In this document: one piece after another, positions 13,932 to 29,184 of the stretch
How the letters are laid out: each line of letters opens with the position of its first letter
Numbering within the stretch: position 1 is the first letter of the stretch
Assembly: GCA_009914755.4 (NCBI GenBank)
Contig: CP086569.2
Location: 12,448,001-12,512,000, forward strand
Source: the human T2T-CHM13v2.0 reference genome, Homo sapiens
Length of the DNA: 64,000 nucleotides
Reading direction: 5' to 3'
Position numbers and translations under genes: made by a program
The notes under the pieces: generated by a model
Told to the model about the DNA's origin: nothing
Seen by the model: only the letters and a program-made list of their open reading frames with translations
Database searches by the model: none

Positions 13932-16900
13932 GGATTAGAAAACAATGGGCTCGAATGGAATTTAATCAAGTCGAATTTAATGGAATGGAATGGAATGCAA
14001 AACTATGGAATAGCATCAAATGGAATGGAACAGAATAGAGTGGAATGGAATGGAATACACAGGTATAGAACAGACTCGAATGTAATGGATTGCAATGTAA
14101 GTGATTCAAAGGGAATGGAATCAAATGGAATATAATCAAATGGAATGGAATGGAGTGCATTGGAATGGAATAAAATGGAATGCAAACAATGGTACAGAAC
14201 TCATTTGAATGTAGAGGAATGGAATCGAATGCAATGGAAAAGAATGGAATGGACACGAATGGAATGGATTGGAAACAAATGGAATGGAAAGGATTTTAAT
14301 CATACAGAACAAAATAGAATGCAATGGACTCGAATGAAATGGAGTCGAAGAGAATAGTATCAAATGGAAAGGAATGGAATGCAATCGAATCGAATGGAAT
14401 GTTAATGAAATTAATTGAAAGGAATAGAATGGAATGAAGTGTAAAGGAAAGATATCGAATTGAATGGAATTGAATGGAATGGACACAAACGGAATGGACT
14501 GGAATGGAATGAACTCGAAAGGAATGGAATGGAGCGGAACGGACTCGAGTGCAATGGAATCGAATGGTATAGAATAGAATGGAATGGAATGGAAAGGAAT
14601 AGAAGGGAATGGAATCGGATCCAACGGGACAGATTGGAATGGGGTAGAATTGAATAGAATCGAATGGAATGGCATCGAATGTAATGGAATGGAATGGACT
14701 CGAATGGAATGGAGTGACATGTAATGGAATCGAAAGGAATGGAATCGAATGAAATGGAATTGAATGGAATAGAAAGGAATAGAATGGAATGGAGTTTAAT
14801 GGAAAGATATTAAAAGTAATGGAATGGAATTGAGTGGACACGAATGGAATGGACTGGAATGGAAAGGACTCGAATGAAATGGAGCGCATTAGAATGGACT
14901 CGAATGGAATGGATTGGAGTGGAATGGTCTCGAATGGATTGGAAACGAATGGAATGGAAAGGAGTAGAATGGAATGTAATCAAATGGAACGAAATGGAAT
15001 GGAATGGATTCGACTGGAACAGAATTGAATGGAGTGGAATTGATTGGAATGGAATGCAATCGAATGGAATGAACACGAATGGAATAGAATGAAATGAAAT
15101 GGCATAGAATGGAATGGAATGGAATGGAATGGAATGGAATGGAATGGAATGGAAGGGAATGCAATGGCATGGCATGGAATGTGATGGAATGGAATGAAAT
15201 TGATTGGAATGGGATGGGCCCAAAAGTAAAGGACTCAAATAAAAGGGACTCAAATAGAATGAATTGGAAAGAAACGGTCTCGAATGTAATTCATTCGAAT
15301 GGAATGATATTGAATGGAATGCAATAGTATGGAATGGTATCGAATAGAATGGAATAGAATGGAATGGAATGGAACGGAATGGAGTGCATTTGAACGGACT
15401 CAAATGCAATAAATTGCAATATAATTGATTCAAATGGAATGGAATCGAATAGAATGTAAACAAACGGAATGGAAGGCAATGCAATGGAAAGGAATCGAAT
15501 GAAATGGACCCGAGTGGAATGGACTCACATAGAACAGCCTTGAATGTAATGGATGACAATGTATTAGATTCGAAAGGACTGAAATCGAATGGAATGTAAT
15601 CAAATAGAACGGAATTGAATGCATGGAATGGCATAGAAAGTAATGCAATGGAATGGAATAGACTGGAATGGAATGGAATCGGATGGAATGTAATGACATG
15701 TAATGGAAGGAATGCCATGGAATGGAATGGAATGGAATGCAATGGGCCGTTGTATAATGGAGTGCAATGGAATTCAGTGGAATGTAGTCAATAGGAATGA
15801 AATAGAATGGAATTCAATATAAGGGAATGGCATCCAATGGCAAGGAATGGAGTGGACTACAATGGAAACAACATGAAAGTAATATAATATAATGGAATGG
15901 CATTGAACGAAATGGAAAGCAATGGAGTTAAAAGGTAAGATATCGAATGGAAAAGAATTGAATGGACTCGAATGGAATATAACGGAATGGAATGGACTCG
16001 AATGGAATGTACTAGAGTTGAATGGAATCGAATGGAATGGAAAACAATGGAAAGGAAAGGAAGGGAATTGAAAGGAAAGGAATAGAATGGAATGGAATCG
16101 GATAGAATGGAATTGAATGGAATGGAAACTAAAGGAATAGAATAGAAAGGAATGGCATTGAATGGAATGGAATGGAATGGAATCAGATGGAACAGAAAGG
16201 AATGGAATAGAATCGAATGGTATGGCATCGAATGGATTGGAATGGAAAGGAATGGAATGGACTCGAATGGAATGTACTCAAATGGAATAGAATAGAATGG
16301 AATGGAAGTAAATATAATGGACTCGAATGGAATGGATTGGAATAAATTGGAATTGAATGTATTGGATTCGATTGGAAAGGAATGGAATGGAATGGAATGG
16401 ATTCGAATGGAATGGAATCGAATGGAATGGAACGAATTGGAATGTAATTGAATGGCGTCGAAAACAGTAGAAAGAAATGAAGTTTAATCGAATGATATCG
16501 AATGGAATTGAATGGAATGTACGCGAATGGAATGGACTGGAATGGAATGGACTCTATGGGAATGAAGAGGAGTGGAGTGGACTCGAATGTCATGGAGACG
16601 ATTGGAATGGAAAGGAATGCAAAGGAATGGAATGGAATGGAATCTGATGCATCGCAATGGAATGGAATGGGGTCGAATGGAATAGAATCGAAAGGAATGG
16701 CATCCAATGGAATGGAAACGAATTGAATGGAATGGCATGGAATGGAATGGAAAGGAATATAATGGAAAGGAATCGGATGGAACGGAATGGAATGTAATGG
16801 AGTCGAATGGAATAGAATCTAATAGAATTGCATTGATAGGAATGGAATCGAACGGACTCGAAAGGATTGGAGCCTAACAGAAGAGAATCGAACAGAATAG

Positions 16901-17787
16901 CATCAAATGGAATGGAAATGAATGGAATGGAATGGAATGGAATGGAATGGAATGGAATGGAATGGAATGGAATGGACACACATGTAATGGACTTGAATGG
17001 AATGGAATCAAATAGAATGGACGCGAATGGAATGGTCTCGAATGGAATTTATGAAAATAGAATGGAATCGAAATTCATTGAACATTATGGAATGGAATCA
17101 AATGGAATGAAATCGAATGGAAGGAACCGGAATGGAATGTACTGGAATAGAACGGACTCGAATGTTACGGAAAGAAAAGTAAGTGATTCGGATGTCTTTT
17201 AATTGAATGGAATGAAATCAAATGGAATGGAAAGGAATAAAATGGAATGGAATGAAATAGAATGCAATAGAATGGAAGGGAGTGGAGTCGAGTTGAATGG
17301 AATCAAATTGAATGGAATAGAATGGAATAGAATCAAATGGAATGGATTCGAATGCAATGGAACCGAATGGAATGGACTGGAACATAATGGAATCGAAAGG
17401 AATGGAAAGGAATTGAATGCAATGGAAAGCAATGGAATCGAATGTAATGGAGTCGTATGTAGTGGAGTCGAATGGAATGGAATCAAATGGAAGGAAAAGA
17501 ATACAATCGAATGGAATAGAATAGAATGCAACAGAATGAAACGGAGTGGAATCGAGTGGGATGGAATAGAATTGAATGGAATGGAAAGGAATGGAATCGA
17601 ATGGAATGGAATCGAATGGAATGGAACCGAATGGAATGGAATGGAACAAAATGGAATTGAACAGATTAGAATCGAATGGATCCGAATCGAATGGAATGGA
17701 ATATAATGGAATGGAATGGAATGGAATGGAATGGAATGGAATGGACCCAAATGTAATGAACTCTAATGAAATGGACTTTAATAGAAT
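13932..17787. repeat. HOR copy 4, short form (3856 bp)
   Basis: Marker at 13932. Landmark ORFs 13966..14256 through 17199..17750. The f-region pentamer tract is longer here (16921-16976). Confidence 0.9.
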
Positions 17788-20700
17788 GGATTAGAAAACA
17801 ATGGGCTCGAATGGAATTTAATCAAGTCGAATTTAATGGAATGGAAGGGAATGCAAAACTATGGAATAGCATCAAATGGAATGGAACAGAATAGAGTGGA
17901 ATGGAATGGAATACACAGGTATAGAACAGACTCGAATGTAATGGATTGCAATGTAAGTGATTCAAAGGGAATGGAATCAAATGGAATATAATCAAATGGA
18001 ATGGAATGGAGTGCATTGGAATGGAATAAAATGGAATGCAAACAATGGTACAGAACTCATTTGAATGTAGAGGAATGGAATCGAATGCAATGGAAAAGAA
18101 TGGAATGGACACGAATGGAATGGATTGGAAACAAATGGAATGGAAAGGATTTTAATCATACAGAACAAAATAGAATGCAATGGACTCGAATGAAATGGAG
18201 TCGAAGAGAATAGTATCAAATGGAAAGGAATGGAATGCAATCGAATCGAATGGAATGTTAATGAAATTAATTGAAAGGAATAGAATGGAATGAAGTGTAA
18301 CGGAAAGATATCGAATTGAATGGAATTGAATGGAATGGACACAAACGGAATGGACTGGAATGGAATGAACTCGAAAGGAATGGAATGGAGCGGAACGGAC
18401 TCGAGTGCAATGGAATCGAATGGTATAGAATAGAATGGAATGGAATGGAAAGGAATAGAAGGGAATGGAATCGGATCCAACGGGACAGATTGGAATGGGG
18501 TAGAATTGAATAGAATCGAATGGAATGGCATCGAATGTAATGGAATGGAATGGACTCGAATGGAATGGAGTGACATGTAATGGAATCGAAAGGAATGGAA
18601 TCGAATGAAATGGAATTGAATGGAATAGAAAGGAATAGAATGGAATGGAGTTTAATGGAAAGATATTAAAAGTAATGGAATGGAATTGAGTGGACACGAA
18701 TGGAATGGACTGGAATGGAAAGGACTCGAATGAAATGGAGCGCATTAGAATGGACTCGAATGGAATGGATTGGAGTGGAATGGTCTCGAATGGATTGGAA
18801 ACGAATGGAATGGAAAGGAGTAGAATGGAATGTAATCAAATGGAACGAAATGGAATGGAATGGATTCGACTGGAACAGAATTGAATGGAGTGGAATTGAT
18901 TGGAATGGAATGCAATCGAATGGAATGAACACGAATGGAATAGAATGAAATGAAATGGCATAGAATGGAATGGAATGGAATGGAATGGAATGGAATGGAA
19001 TGGAATGGAATGGAATGGAATGGCATGGCATGGAACGTGATGGAATGGAATGAAATTGATTGGAATGGGATGGGCCCAAAAGTAAAGGACTCAAATAAAA
19101 GGGACTCAAATAGAATGAATTGGAAAGAAACGGTCTCGAATGTAATTCATTCGAATGGAATGATATTGAATGGAATGCAATAGTATGGAATGGTATCGAA
19201 TAGAATGGAATAGAATGGAATGGAATGGAACGGAATGGAGTGCATTTGAACGGACTCAAATGCAATAAATTGCAATATAATTGATTCAAATGGAATGGAA
19301 TCGAATAGAATGTAAACAAACGGAATGGAAGGCAATGCAATGGAAAGGAATCGAATGAAATGGACCCGAGTGGAATGGACTCACATAGAACAGCCTTGAG
19401 TGTAATGGATGACAATGTATTAGATTCGAAAGGACTGAAATCGAATGGAATGTAATCAAATAGAACGGAATTGAATGCATGGAATGGCATAGAAAGTAAT
19501 GCAATGGAATGGAATAGACTGGAATGGAATGGAATCGGATGGAATGTAATGAAATGTAATGGAAGGAATGCCATGGAATGGAATGGAATGGAATGCAATG
19601 GGCCGGTGTATAATGGAGTGCAATGGAATTCAGTGGAATGTAGTCAATAGGAATGAAATAGAATGGAATTCAATATAAGGGAATGGCATCCAATGGCAAG
19701 GAATGGAGTGGACTCCAATGGAAACAACATGAAAGGAATATAATATAATGGAATGGCATTGAACGAAATGGAAAGCAATGGAGTTAAAAGGTAAGATATC
19801 GAATGGAAAAGAATTGAATGGACTCGAATGGAATATAACGGAATGGAATGGACTCGAATGGAATGTACTAGAGTTGAATGGAATCGAATGGAATGGAAAA
19901 CAGTGGAAAGGAAAGGAAGGGAATTGAAAGGAAAGGAATAGAATGGAATGGAATCGGATAGAATGGAATTGAATGGAATGGAAACTAAAGGAATAGAATA
20001 GAAAGGAATGGCATTGAATGGAATGGAATGGAATGGAATCAGATGGAACAGAAAGGAATGGAATAGAATCGAATGGTATGGCATCGAATGGATTGGAATG
20101 GAAAGGAATGGAATGAACTCGAATGGAATGTACTCAAATGGAATAGAATAGAATGGAATGGAAGTAAATATAATGGACTCGAATGGAATGGATTGGAATA
20201 AATTGGAATTGAATGTATTGGATTCGATTGGAAAGGAATGGAATGGAATGGAATGGATTCGAATGGAATGGAATCGAATGGAATGGAACGAATTGGAATG
20301 TAATTGAATGGCGTCGAAAACAGTAGAAAGAAATGAAGTTTAATCGAATGATATCGAATGGAATTGAATGGAATGTACGCGAATGGAATGGACTGGAATG
20401 GAATGGACTCTATGGGAATGAAGACGAGTGGAGTGGACTCGAATGTCATGGAGACGATTGGAATGGAAAGGAATGCAAAGGAATGGAATGGAATGGAATC
20501 TGATGCATCGCAATGGAATGGAATGGGGTCGAATGGAATAGAATCGAAAGGAATGGCATCCAATGGAATGGAAACGAATTGAATGGAATGGCATGGAATG
20601 GAATGGAAAGGAATATAATGGAAAGGAATCGGATGGAACGGAATGGAATGGAATGGAGTCGAATGGAATAGAATCTAATAGAATTGCATTGATAGGAATG

Positions 20701-21598
20701 GAATCGAACGGACTCGAAAGGATTGGAGCCTAACAGAAGAGAATCGAACAGAATAGCATCAAATGGAATGGAAATGAATGGAATGGAATGGAATGGAATG
20801 GAATGGAATGGAATGGACACACATGTAATGGACTTGAATGGAATGGAATCAAATAGAATGGACGCGAATGGAATGGTCTCGAATGGAATTTATGAAAATA
20901 GAATGGAATCGAAATTCATTGAACATTATGGAATGGAATCAAATGGAATGAAATCGAATGGAAGGAACCGGAATGGAATGTACTGGAATAGAACGGACTC
21001 GAATGTTACGGAAAGAAAAGTAAGTGATTCGGATGTCTTTTAATTGAATGGAATGAAATCAAATGGAATGGAAAGGAATAAAATGGAATGGAATGAAATA
21101 GAATGCAATAGAATGGAAGGGAGTGGAGTCGAGTTGAATGGAATCGAATTGAATGGAATAGAATGGAATAGAATCAAATGGAATGGATTCGAATGCAATG
21201 GAACCGAATGGAATGGACTGGAACATAATGGAATCGAAAGGAATGGAAAGGAATTGAATGCAATGGAAAGCAATGGAATCGAATGTAATGGAGTCGTATG
21301 TAGTGGAGTCGAATGGAATGGAATCAAATGGAAGGAAAAGAATACAATCGAATGGAATAGAATAGAATACAACAGAATGAAACGGAGTGGAATCGAGTGG
21401 GATGGAATAGAATTCAATGGAATGGAAAGGAATGGAATCGAATGGAATGGAATCGAATGGAATGGAACCGAACAAAATGGAATTGAACAGATTAGAATCG
21501 AATGGATCCGAATCGAATGGAATGGAATATAAGGGAATGGAATGGAATGGAATGGACCCAAATGTAATGAACTCTAATGAAATGGACTTTAATAGAAT
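17788..21598. repeat. HOR copy 5, short form (3811 bp)
   Basis: Marker at 17788. Landmark ORFs 17822..18112 through 21040..21561. Confidence 0.9.
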
Positions 21599-24500
21599 GG
21601 ATTAGAAAACAATGGGCTCGAATGGAATTTAATCAAGTCGAATTTAATGGAATGGAATGGAATGCAAAACTATGGAATAGCATCAAATGGAATGGAACAG
21701 AATAGAGTGGAATGGAATGGAATACACAGGTATAGAACAGACTCGAATGTAATGGATTGCAATGTAAGTGATTCAAAGGGAATGGAATCAAATGGAATAT
21801 AATCAAATGGAATGGAATGGAGTGCATTGGAATGGAATAAAATGGAATGCAAACAATGGTACAGAACTCATTTGAATCTAGAGGAATGGAATCGAATGCA
21901 ATGGAAAAGAATGGAATGGACACGAATGGAATGGATTGGAAACAAATGGAATGGAAAGGATTTTAATCATACAGAACAAAATAGAATGCAATGGACTCGA
22001 ATGAAATGGAGTCGAAGAGAATAGTATCAAATGGAAAGGAATGGAATGCAATCGAATCGAATGGAATGTTAATGAAATTAATTGAAAGGAATAGAATGGA
22101 ATGAAGTGTAACGGAAAGATATCGAATTGAATGGAATTGAATGGAATGGACACAAACGGAATGGACTGGAATGGAATGAACTCGAAAGGAATGGAATGGA
22201 GCGGAACGGACTCGAGTGCAATGGAATCGAATGGTATAGAATAGAATGGAATGGAATGGAAAGGAATAGAAAGGAATGGAATCGGATCCAACGGTACAGA
22301 TTGGAATGGGGTAGAATTGAATAGAATCGAATGGAATGGCATCGAATGTAATGGAATGGAATGGACTCGAATGGAATGGAGTGACATGTAATGGAATCGA
22401 AAGGAATGGAATCGAATGAAATGGAATTGAATGGAATAGAAAGGAATAGAATGGAATGGAGTTTAATGGAAAGATATTAAAAGTAATGGAATGGAATTGA
22501 GTGGACACGAATGGAATGGACTGGAATGGAAAGGACTCGAATGAAAAGGAACGCATTAGAATGGACTCGAATGGAATGGATTGGAGTGGAATGGTCTCGA
22601 ATGGATTGGAAACGAATGGAATGGAAAGGAGCAGAATGGAATGTAATCAAATGGAACGAAATGGAATGGAATGGATTCGACTGGAACAGAATTGAATGGA
22701 GTGGAATTGATTGGAATGGAATGCAATCGAATGGAATGAACACGAATGGAATAGAATGAAATGAAATGGCATAGAATGGAATGGCATGGAATGGAATGTA
22801 ATGGAATGGAATGGAATGGAATGGAATGGCATGGCATGGAATGTGATGGAATGGAATGAAATTGATTGGAATGGGATGGGCCCAAAAGTAAAGGACTCAA
22901 ATAAAAGGGACTCAAATAGAATGAATTGGAAAGAAACGGTCTCGAATGTAATTCATTCGAATGGAATGATATTGAATGGAATGCAATAGTATGGAATGGT
23001 ATCGAATAGAATGGAATAGAATGGAATGGAATGGAACGGAATGGAGTGCATTTGAACGGACTCAAATGCAATAAATTGCAATATAATTGATTCAAATGGA
23101 ATGGAATCGAATAGAATGTAAACAAACGGAATGGAAGGCAATGCAATGGAAAGGAATCGAATGAAATGGAATAAATGGAATGGAATCGAAGGGAAAGGAC
23201 GCGAATATAATGGACTGTTAAGGAAAGGTCTCGAATCGAATTTATTCCAATAGTATGGAATCGAATGGAATGCAATACTATTGAATCGAATCGAATGGAA
23301 TGGAATTTAATGGAATAGACAGGAATGGAATGAACTGGAAGTGAATGGACAAGAACGTAATATATTGCAATGTAATTTATTCAAATGGAATGAAATGCAA
23401 TCGAATGGAATGGACTCGATTGGAATGGACCGGAGTGGAATGGACTCAAATGGCATGGAAACGAATGTAATGGAATGGAACTGAAAGCAAAGGAATCTAC
23501 TGGAATAGAATCGAACGGAACAGAAACGAATGAAATGGAATGGAGTGGAATGGACTCGAAAGGAATGTATTCGAATGTAATGGACCAGAAAGGAATGGAA
23601 TCCAATGGAATGGAATTGAAAGGAATCAAGAGGAATAGAATGGAATAGAGTGTAATTAAATGATATCGAATGGAAGGGAATGGAATGAAATCGAATGGAA
23701 TGCACTGGAATGGAATGGACTCGATCAGAACGGACTGGAGAGGCATGTACACAAATGAAATGGAAACGAATGGAATGGAATGAAATGGAATGGAAATGGA
23801 ATTGAAAGGAACGGAATGGAATGGAATGGAATGGAATGGAATGGAATGGAATGGATTGGAATAGAATGGAATGGATTGGAATAGAATGGATTCAAATAAA
23901 ATAGAATCGATTGGAATGGTATTGAATGGAAGGGACTTGAATGGAATGGAAAGCAATGGAAGATATTGGAATCGAATAGCATCGAATGAAATGGAATGGA
24001 ACGGAATGGAACGGACCCGAATGGAATGGAAAGGAATGGACTCAAATGTAATGGACTCGAAAGGAATCGACTGAAATATAATAGACTCGAAAAGAATGGC
24101 CTCGAGCGGAATTTATTTGAATAGAATGGAATCAAATGGAATACAATAGTATTGAATGGAACAGAATGGAATGGAATCGAATGGAATGTAATCAAATGGA
24201 ATGGAACGGAATTCAATATAGTGGAATAGAATGGAATGCATTGGAAAGGAGCAGAGTGGAATCAGTGGAATGGAATCGAGTGGAATGGAATCAAAGGGAA
24301 CGAAATCGAATTGAATGGACTTGAATGGAATTGACTCGAAAGGAATTGACTCGAAAGGAATGGACTGGAACAAAAAGGAATCAAATGGACAGGAATGGAA
24401 GGGACTCGAATGGAATGGAGTCAAATGCAAACGCATCGAATGGAATGGATTCAAATGGAATGCAATTGAATGGAATAGAAAGGAAGAGAATGGAATTGAG

Positions 24501-27500
24501 AGTAATGGAAAGATATGGATTGGAATGAAATGGAATGGAAAGGAATTGAATGGAAAGGAATGGACTCGGAAGAAATGGATTGGAATGGAATGGTCTCCAA
24601 TGGAATGGACTGGAGTGGAACGGAATCGAATGGAATGAAAAGAATGGAACGGAATGGAACGGAAAGGAATAGAATGTTATGGAATCCGATTGGACAGAAT
24701 GGAATGGAATGGAGTTTCATGAAATGAAGTCGAATAGAGTGGCATCAAAAGGAATGTAATGGAACGGAGTGGACTCCAAAGGAATGGACTCGAAAGGAAT
24801 GGAGACGAACCAAATTGAATCCAATGGATTGGAGTCGAACAGAATGGAATGGAATGGAATGAACTCGACTGGAGTAGAGAGGAATGTAAAGGAATAGAAT
24901 GGAATGTAATCAAATGGATTGCAACTGAATGGAATCAAAAATAATAGAAAGGAATGGAGTGTAAAGGGATGATATTGAATATAATGGAATGGAATGGAAT
25001 TCAATGGAATGGAGTCGAAGGAATGGACAGGAATGTAATGGACTCCAATGGAATGGAATGGATGAAAATGGATTTGAACAGATTGGAATCGAACGGAATG
25101 GAATGCAATGGAATGGAATGGACTCGAATGGAGAAGAGACAAAGGGAATGGAAACGAATTCAATGGAATTGAAAAGAATGGAATGGAATGGCGTGTAATG
25201 GTAAGATACTAAATGGAATGGAATTGAATGGAATGTAGTGGAATGGACCCAAATGCAATGCCCTCGAATGGAATATACTCAAATGGAATGGAATCAAAAG
25301 GAAAGGTCTCAAATGGAATTTATTCAATACAATGGAATCGAATGGAATGCAATAGAATGGAATGGAATCGAATGTAATGGAATCAAATAGAATGGACCAG
25401 AATGGAATGGACTGCCATAGAACGGACTGCAGTGTAATGGATTGAATTCTAATTCATTCAAATGGAATGGAATGGAGTGGAATGGAATCGAATGGAATGG
25501 ATAGGATTGTACTGGATTGGAATAGAATGGAATGCAACGGAGTGGAATGGAGTTGAATGAAGTGGAATGGAATCGATTGGAATGGAATCAAATGGAATGG
25601 ACGGGAATGGAATGGATTAGAAGAGCACAGACTCGAATATAATGGATTGCAATGTAATTGATTCAAATGGAATGGAATCGAATGGAATGTTATAAAATTG
25701 AAGGGATTGGAGTTCAATGCAATGGAAAAGAATGGAATGCAAAGGAATGGAAAGGAACGGAGTGAAATCGAGTGTAATGGAATCGAATGGAATGAAATCG
25801 AATGGAATGGACTCAAAAGAAATGGACGAGGGACAAAACGGAATCGAACTGATTGGAATGGAACGGAACGGAAAGGAATGGAATGTTCTCCATTGGATGG
25901 GAGTAGAACGGATTGGAATGGAATGGAATGAAATGGAATGGAAAGGAATAGAATGGAATGGAATGGAATGGAAGGTAATGGAAAGATATCGAACGGATTG
26001 GAAAGGAATGCAATGGACCCTAATGGAATGGAATGGAATTCAACAGAAACGAATGGAATGGACTGGAGTGAAATGGAGTCGAATGTAATTGACTGGAGTG
26101 GAATGGACTCGAAAGGAATGGACTCGAATAGAATGGACTGGAATGGAATGTACTCGAATGGAGTGGAAAGGAATAAATTGGATTCCACCAGATTGGAATG
26201 GAACAGACTGAAATGGAATGGAATGGAATGCAATGGAACGGCTCGACTGGAATGGAGTCGAATGCAATGGAATAGAAAGGAAAGGAATTGAATGGAATTG
26301 AAAGTAATAGAATTAAATGGAGTGCAAAGAAAAGATATCGAATGGAATGGATCGAAAAGAAATAGAATGGAATGGACAGGAATGGAATGGAATAGAATGG
26401 AATAGACTGGCGTGCAATGAAAACGAATGGAATGGAATGGAAAGGAATGGAGTACAATAAATACTATCGAATGGAATGGAATGGAATGGAATGGAATGGA
26501 ATGGAATGGAATGGAATGGAGGCGAAAGGAAAAGAATGGATTGGAATGTCACCGAATGGAAAGATATGGAATGGAAAGGAGTGGATACGAATGGAATGGA
26601 ATAGAAAGGAACGGAAAGGTAAAGAATGGAATGGAATCGGATAGAATGGAATGCAATGTAATGGAGTCGAATGGAAAATAATCGAGTAGAATGATATCGA
26701 ATGGAATGGAATTTAATGGAATGGAATGGAATGGAACGGACTCGAATGGAATGAACTCAAATGGATTAGAATAGAATGGAATGGAACTAAACGTAATGAA
26801 CTCGAATGGAATGGACACAAATAGAATGGAAGGGAAAGGAATGGGATTGAATGCAATTTATTGGAATAGAATGGAATTCAATGGAATGCAACATTGTGGC
26901 ATGGAATCAAATGGAAAGGAATCGAATGAAATGGACCCGAGTGGAATGGACTCACATAGAACAGCCTTGAGTGTAATGGATGACAATGTATTAGATTCGA
27001 AAGGACTGAAATCGAATGGAATGTAATCAAATAGAACGGAATTGAATGCATGGAATGGCATAGAAAGTAATGCAATGGAATGGAATAGACTGGAATGGAA
27101 TGGAATCGGATGGAATGTAATGAAATGTAATGGAAGGAATGCCATGGAATGGAATGGAATGGAATGCAATGGGCCGGTGTATAATGGAGTGCAATGGAAT
27201 TCAGTGGAATGTAGTCAATAGGAATGAAATAGAATGGAATTCAATATAAGGGAATGGCATCCAATGGCAAGGAATGGAGTGGACTCCAATGGAAACAACA
27301 TGAAAGGAATATAATATAATGGAATGGCATTGAACGAAATGGAAAGCAATGGAGTTAAAAGGTAAGATATCGAATGGAAAAGAATTGAATGGACTCGAAT
27401 GGAATATAACGGAATGGAATGGACTCGAATGGAATGTACTAGAGTTGAATGGAATCGAATGGAATGGAAAACAGTGGAAAGGAAAGGAAGGGAATTGAAA

Positions 27501-29184
27501 GGAAAGGAATAGAATGGAATGGAATCGGATAGAATGGAATTGAATGGAATGGAAACTAAAGGAATAGAATAGAAAGGAATGGCATTGAATGGAATGGAAT
27601 GGAATGGAATCAGATGGAACAGAAAGGAATGGAATAGAATCGAATGGTATGGCATCGAATGGATTGGAATAGAAAGGAATGCAATGAACTCGAATGGAAT
27701 GTACTCAAATGGAATAGAATAGAATGGAATGGAAGTAAATATAATGGACTCGAATGGAATGGATTGGAATAAATTGGAATTGAATGTATTGGATTCGAAT
27801 GGAAAGGAATGGAATGGAATGGAATGGATTCGAATGGAATGGAATCGAATGGAATGGAACGAATTGGAATGTAATTGAATGGCGTCGAAAACAGTAGAAA
27901 GAAATGAAGTTTAATCGAATGATATCGAATGGAATTGAATGGAATATACGCGAATGGAATGGACTGGAATGGAATGGACTCTATGGGAATGAAGAGGAGT
28001 GGAATGGACTCGAATGTCATGGAGACGATTGGAATGGAAAGGAATGCAAAGGAATGGAATGGAATGGAATCTGATGCTTCGCAATGAAATGGAATGGGGT
28101 CGAATGGAATAGAATCGAAAGGAATGGCATCCAATGGAATGGAAACGAATTGAATGGAATGGCATGGAATGGAATGGAAAGGAATATAATGGAAAGGAAT
28201 CGGATGGAACGGAATGGAATGTAATGGAGTCGAATGGAATAGAATCTAATAGAATTGCATTGATAGGAATGGAATCGAACGGACTCGAAAGGATTGGAGC
28301 CTAACAGAAGAGAATCGAACAGAATAGCATCAAATGGAATGGAAATGAATGGAATGGAATGGAATGGAATGGAATGGAATGGAATGGAATGGAATGGAAT
28401 GGACACACATGTAATGGACTTGAATGGAATGGAATCAAATAGAATGGACGCGAATGGAATGGTCTCGAATGGAATTTATGAAAATAGAATGGAATCGAAA
28501 TTCATTGAACATTATGGAATGGAATCAAATGGAATGAAATCGAATGGAAGGAACCGGAATGGAATGTACTGGAATAGAACGGACTCGAATGTTACGGAAA
28601 GAAAAGTAAGTGATTCGGATGTCTTTTAATTGAATGGAATGAAATCAAATGGAATGGAAAGGAATAAAATGGAATGGAATGAAATAGAATGCAATAGAAT
28701 GGAAGGGAGTGGAGTCGAGTTGAATGGAATCGAATTGAATGGAATAGAATGGAATAGAATCAAATGGAATGGATTCGAATGCAATGGAACCGAATGGAAT
28801 GGACTGGAACATAATGGAATCGAAAGGAATGGAAAGGAATTGAATGCAATGGAAAGCAATGGAATCGAATGTAATGGAGTCGTATGTAGTGGAGTCGAAT
28901 GGAATGGAATCAAATGGAAGGAAAAGAATACAATCGAATGGAATAGAATAGAATACAACAGAATGAAACGGAGTGGAATCGAGTGGGATGGAATAGAATT
29001 CAATGGAATGGAAAGGAATGGAATCGAATGGAATGGAATCGAATGGAATGGAATGGAACAAAATGGAATTGAACAGATTAGAATCGAATGGATCCGAATC
29101 GAATGGAATGGAATATAAGGGAATGGAATGGAATGGAATGGACCCAAATGTAATGAACTCTAATGAAATGGACTTTAATAGAAT
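21599..29184. repeat. HOR copy 6, long form (7586 bp)
   Basis: Marker at 21599. A short-form backbone is interrupted within landmark c by a 3765-bp segment (23171..26935), after which the backbone resumes with d, e, f, g. Confidence 0.9.
23171..26935. other. ~3.77 kb satellite-like segment present only in long-form HOR copies, flanked by the 25-bp direct repeat atggaaaggaatcgaatgaaatgga (23146-23170 and 26911-26935)
   Basis: The backbone matches the short unit up to atgaaatgga. It then diverges (ataaatggaatggaatcgaagggaaaggacgcgaatataatggactgttaagg) and rejoins at atgaaatgga|cccgagtggaatggactcacatagaacagcc. The placement is ambiguous by 25 bp because of the direct repeat. Confidence 0.85.

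Noticed and set aside
23171-26935. The 3.77 kb long-form block as a transposable-element insertion
   Set aside because: The block is itself GGAAT-satellite-like with no ORFs, LTRs, TIRs or poly-A. It is flanked by 25 bp of homology rather than a short target-site duplication, and appears at the identical position in five units. Recombination-mediated indel within the satellite is a better explanation.
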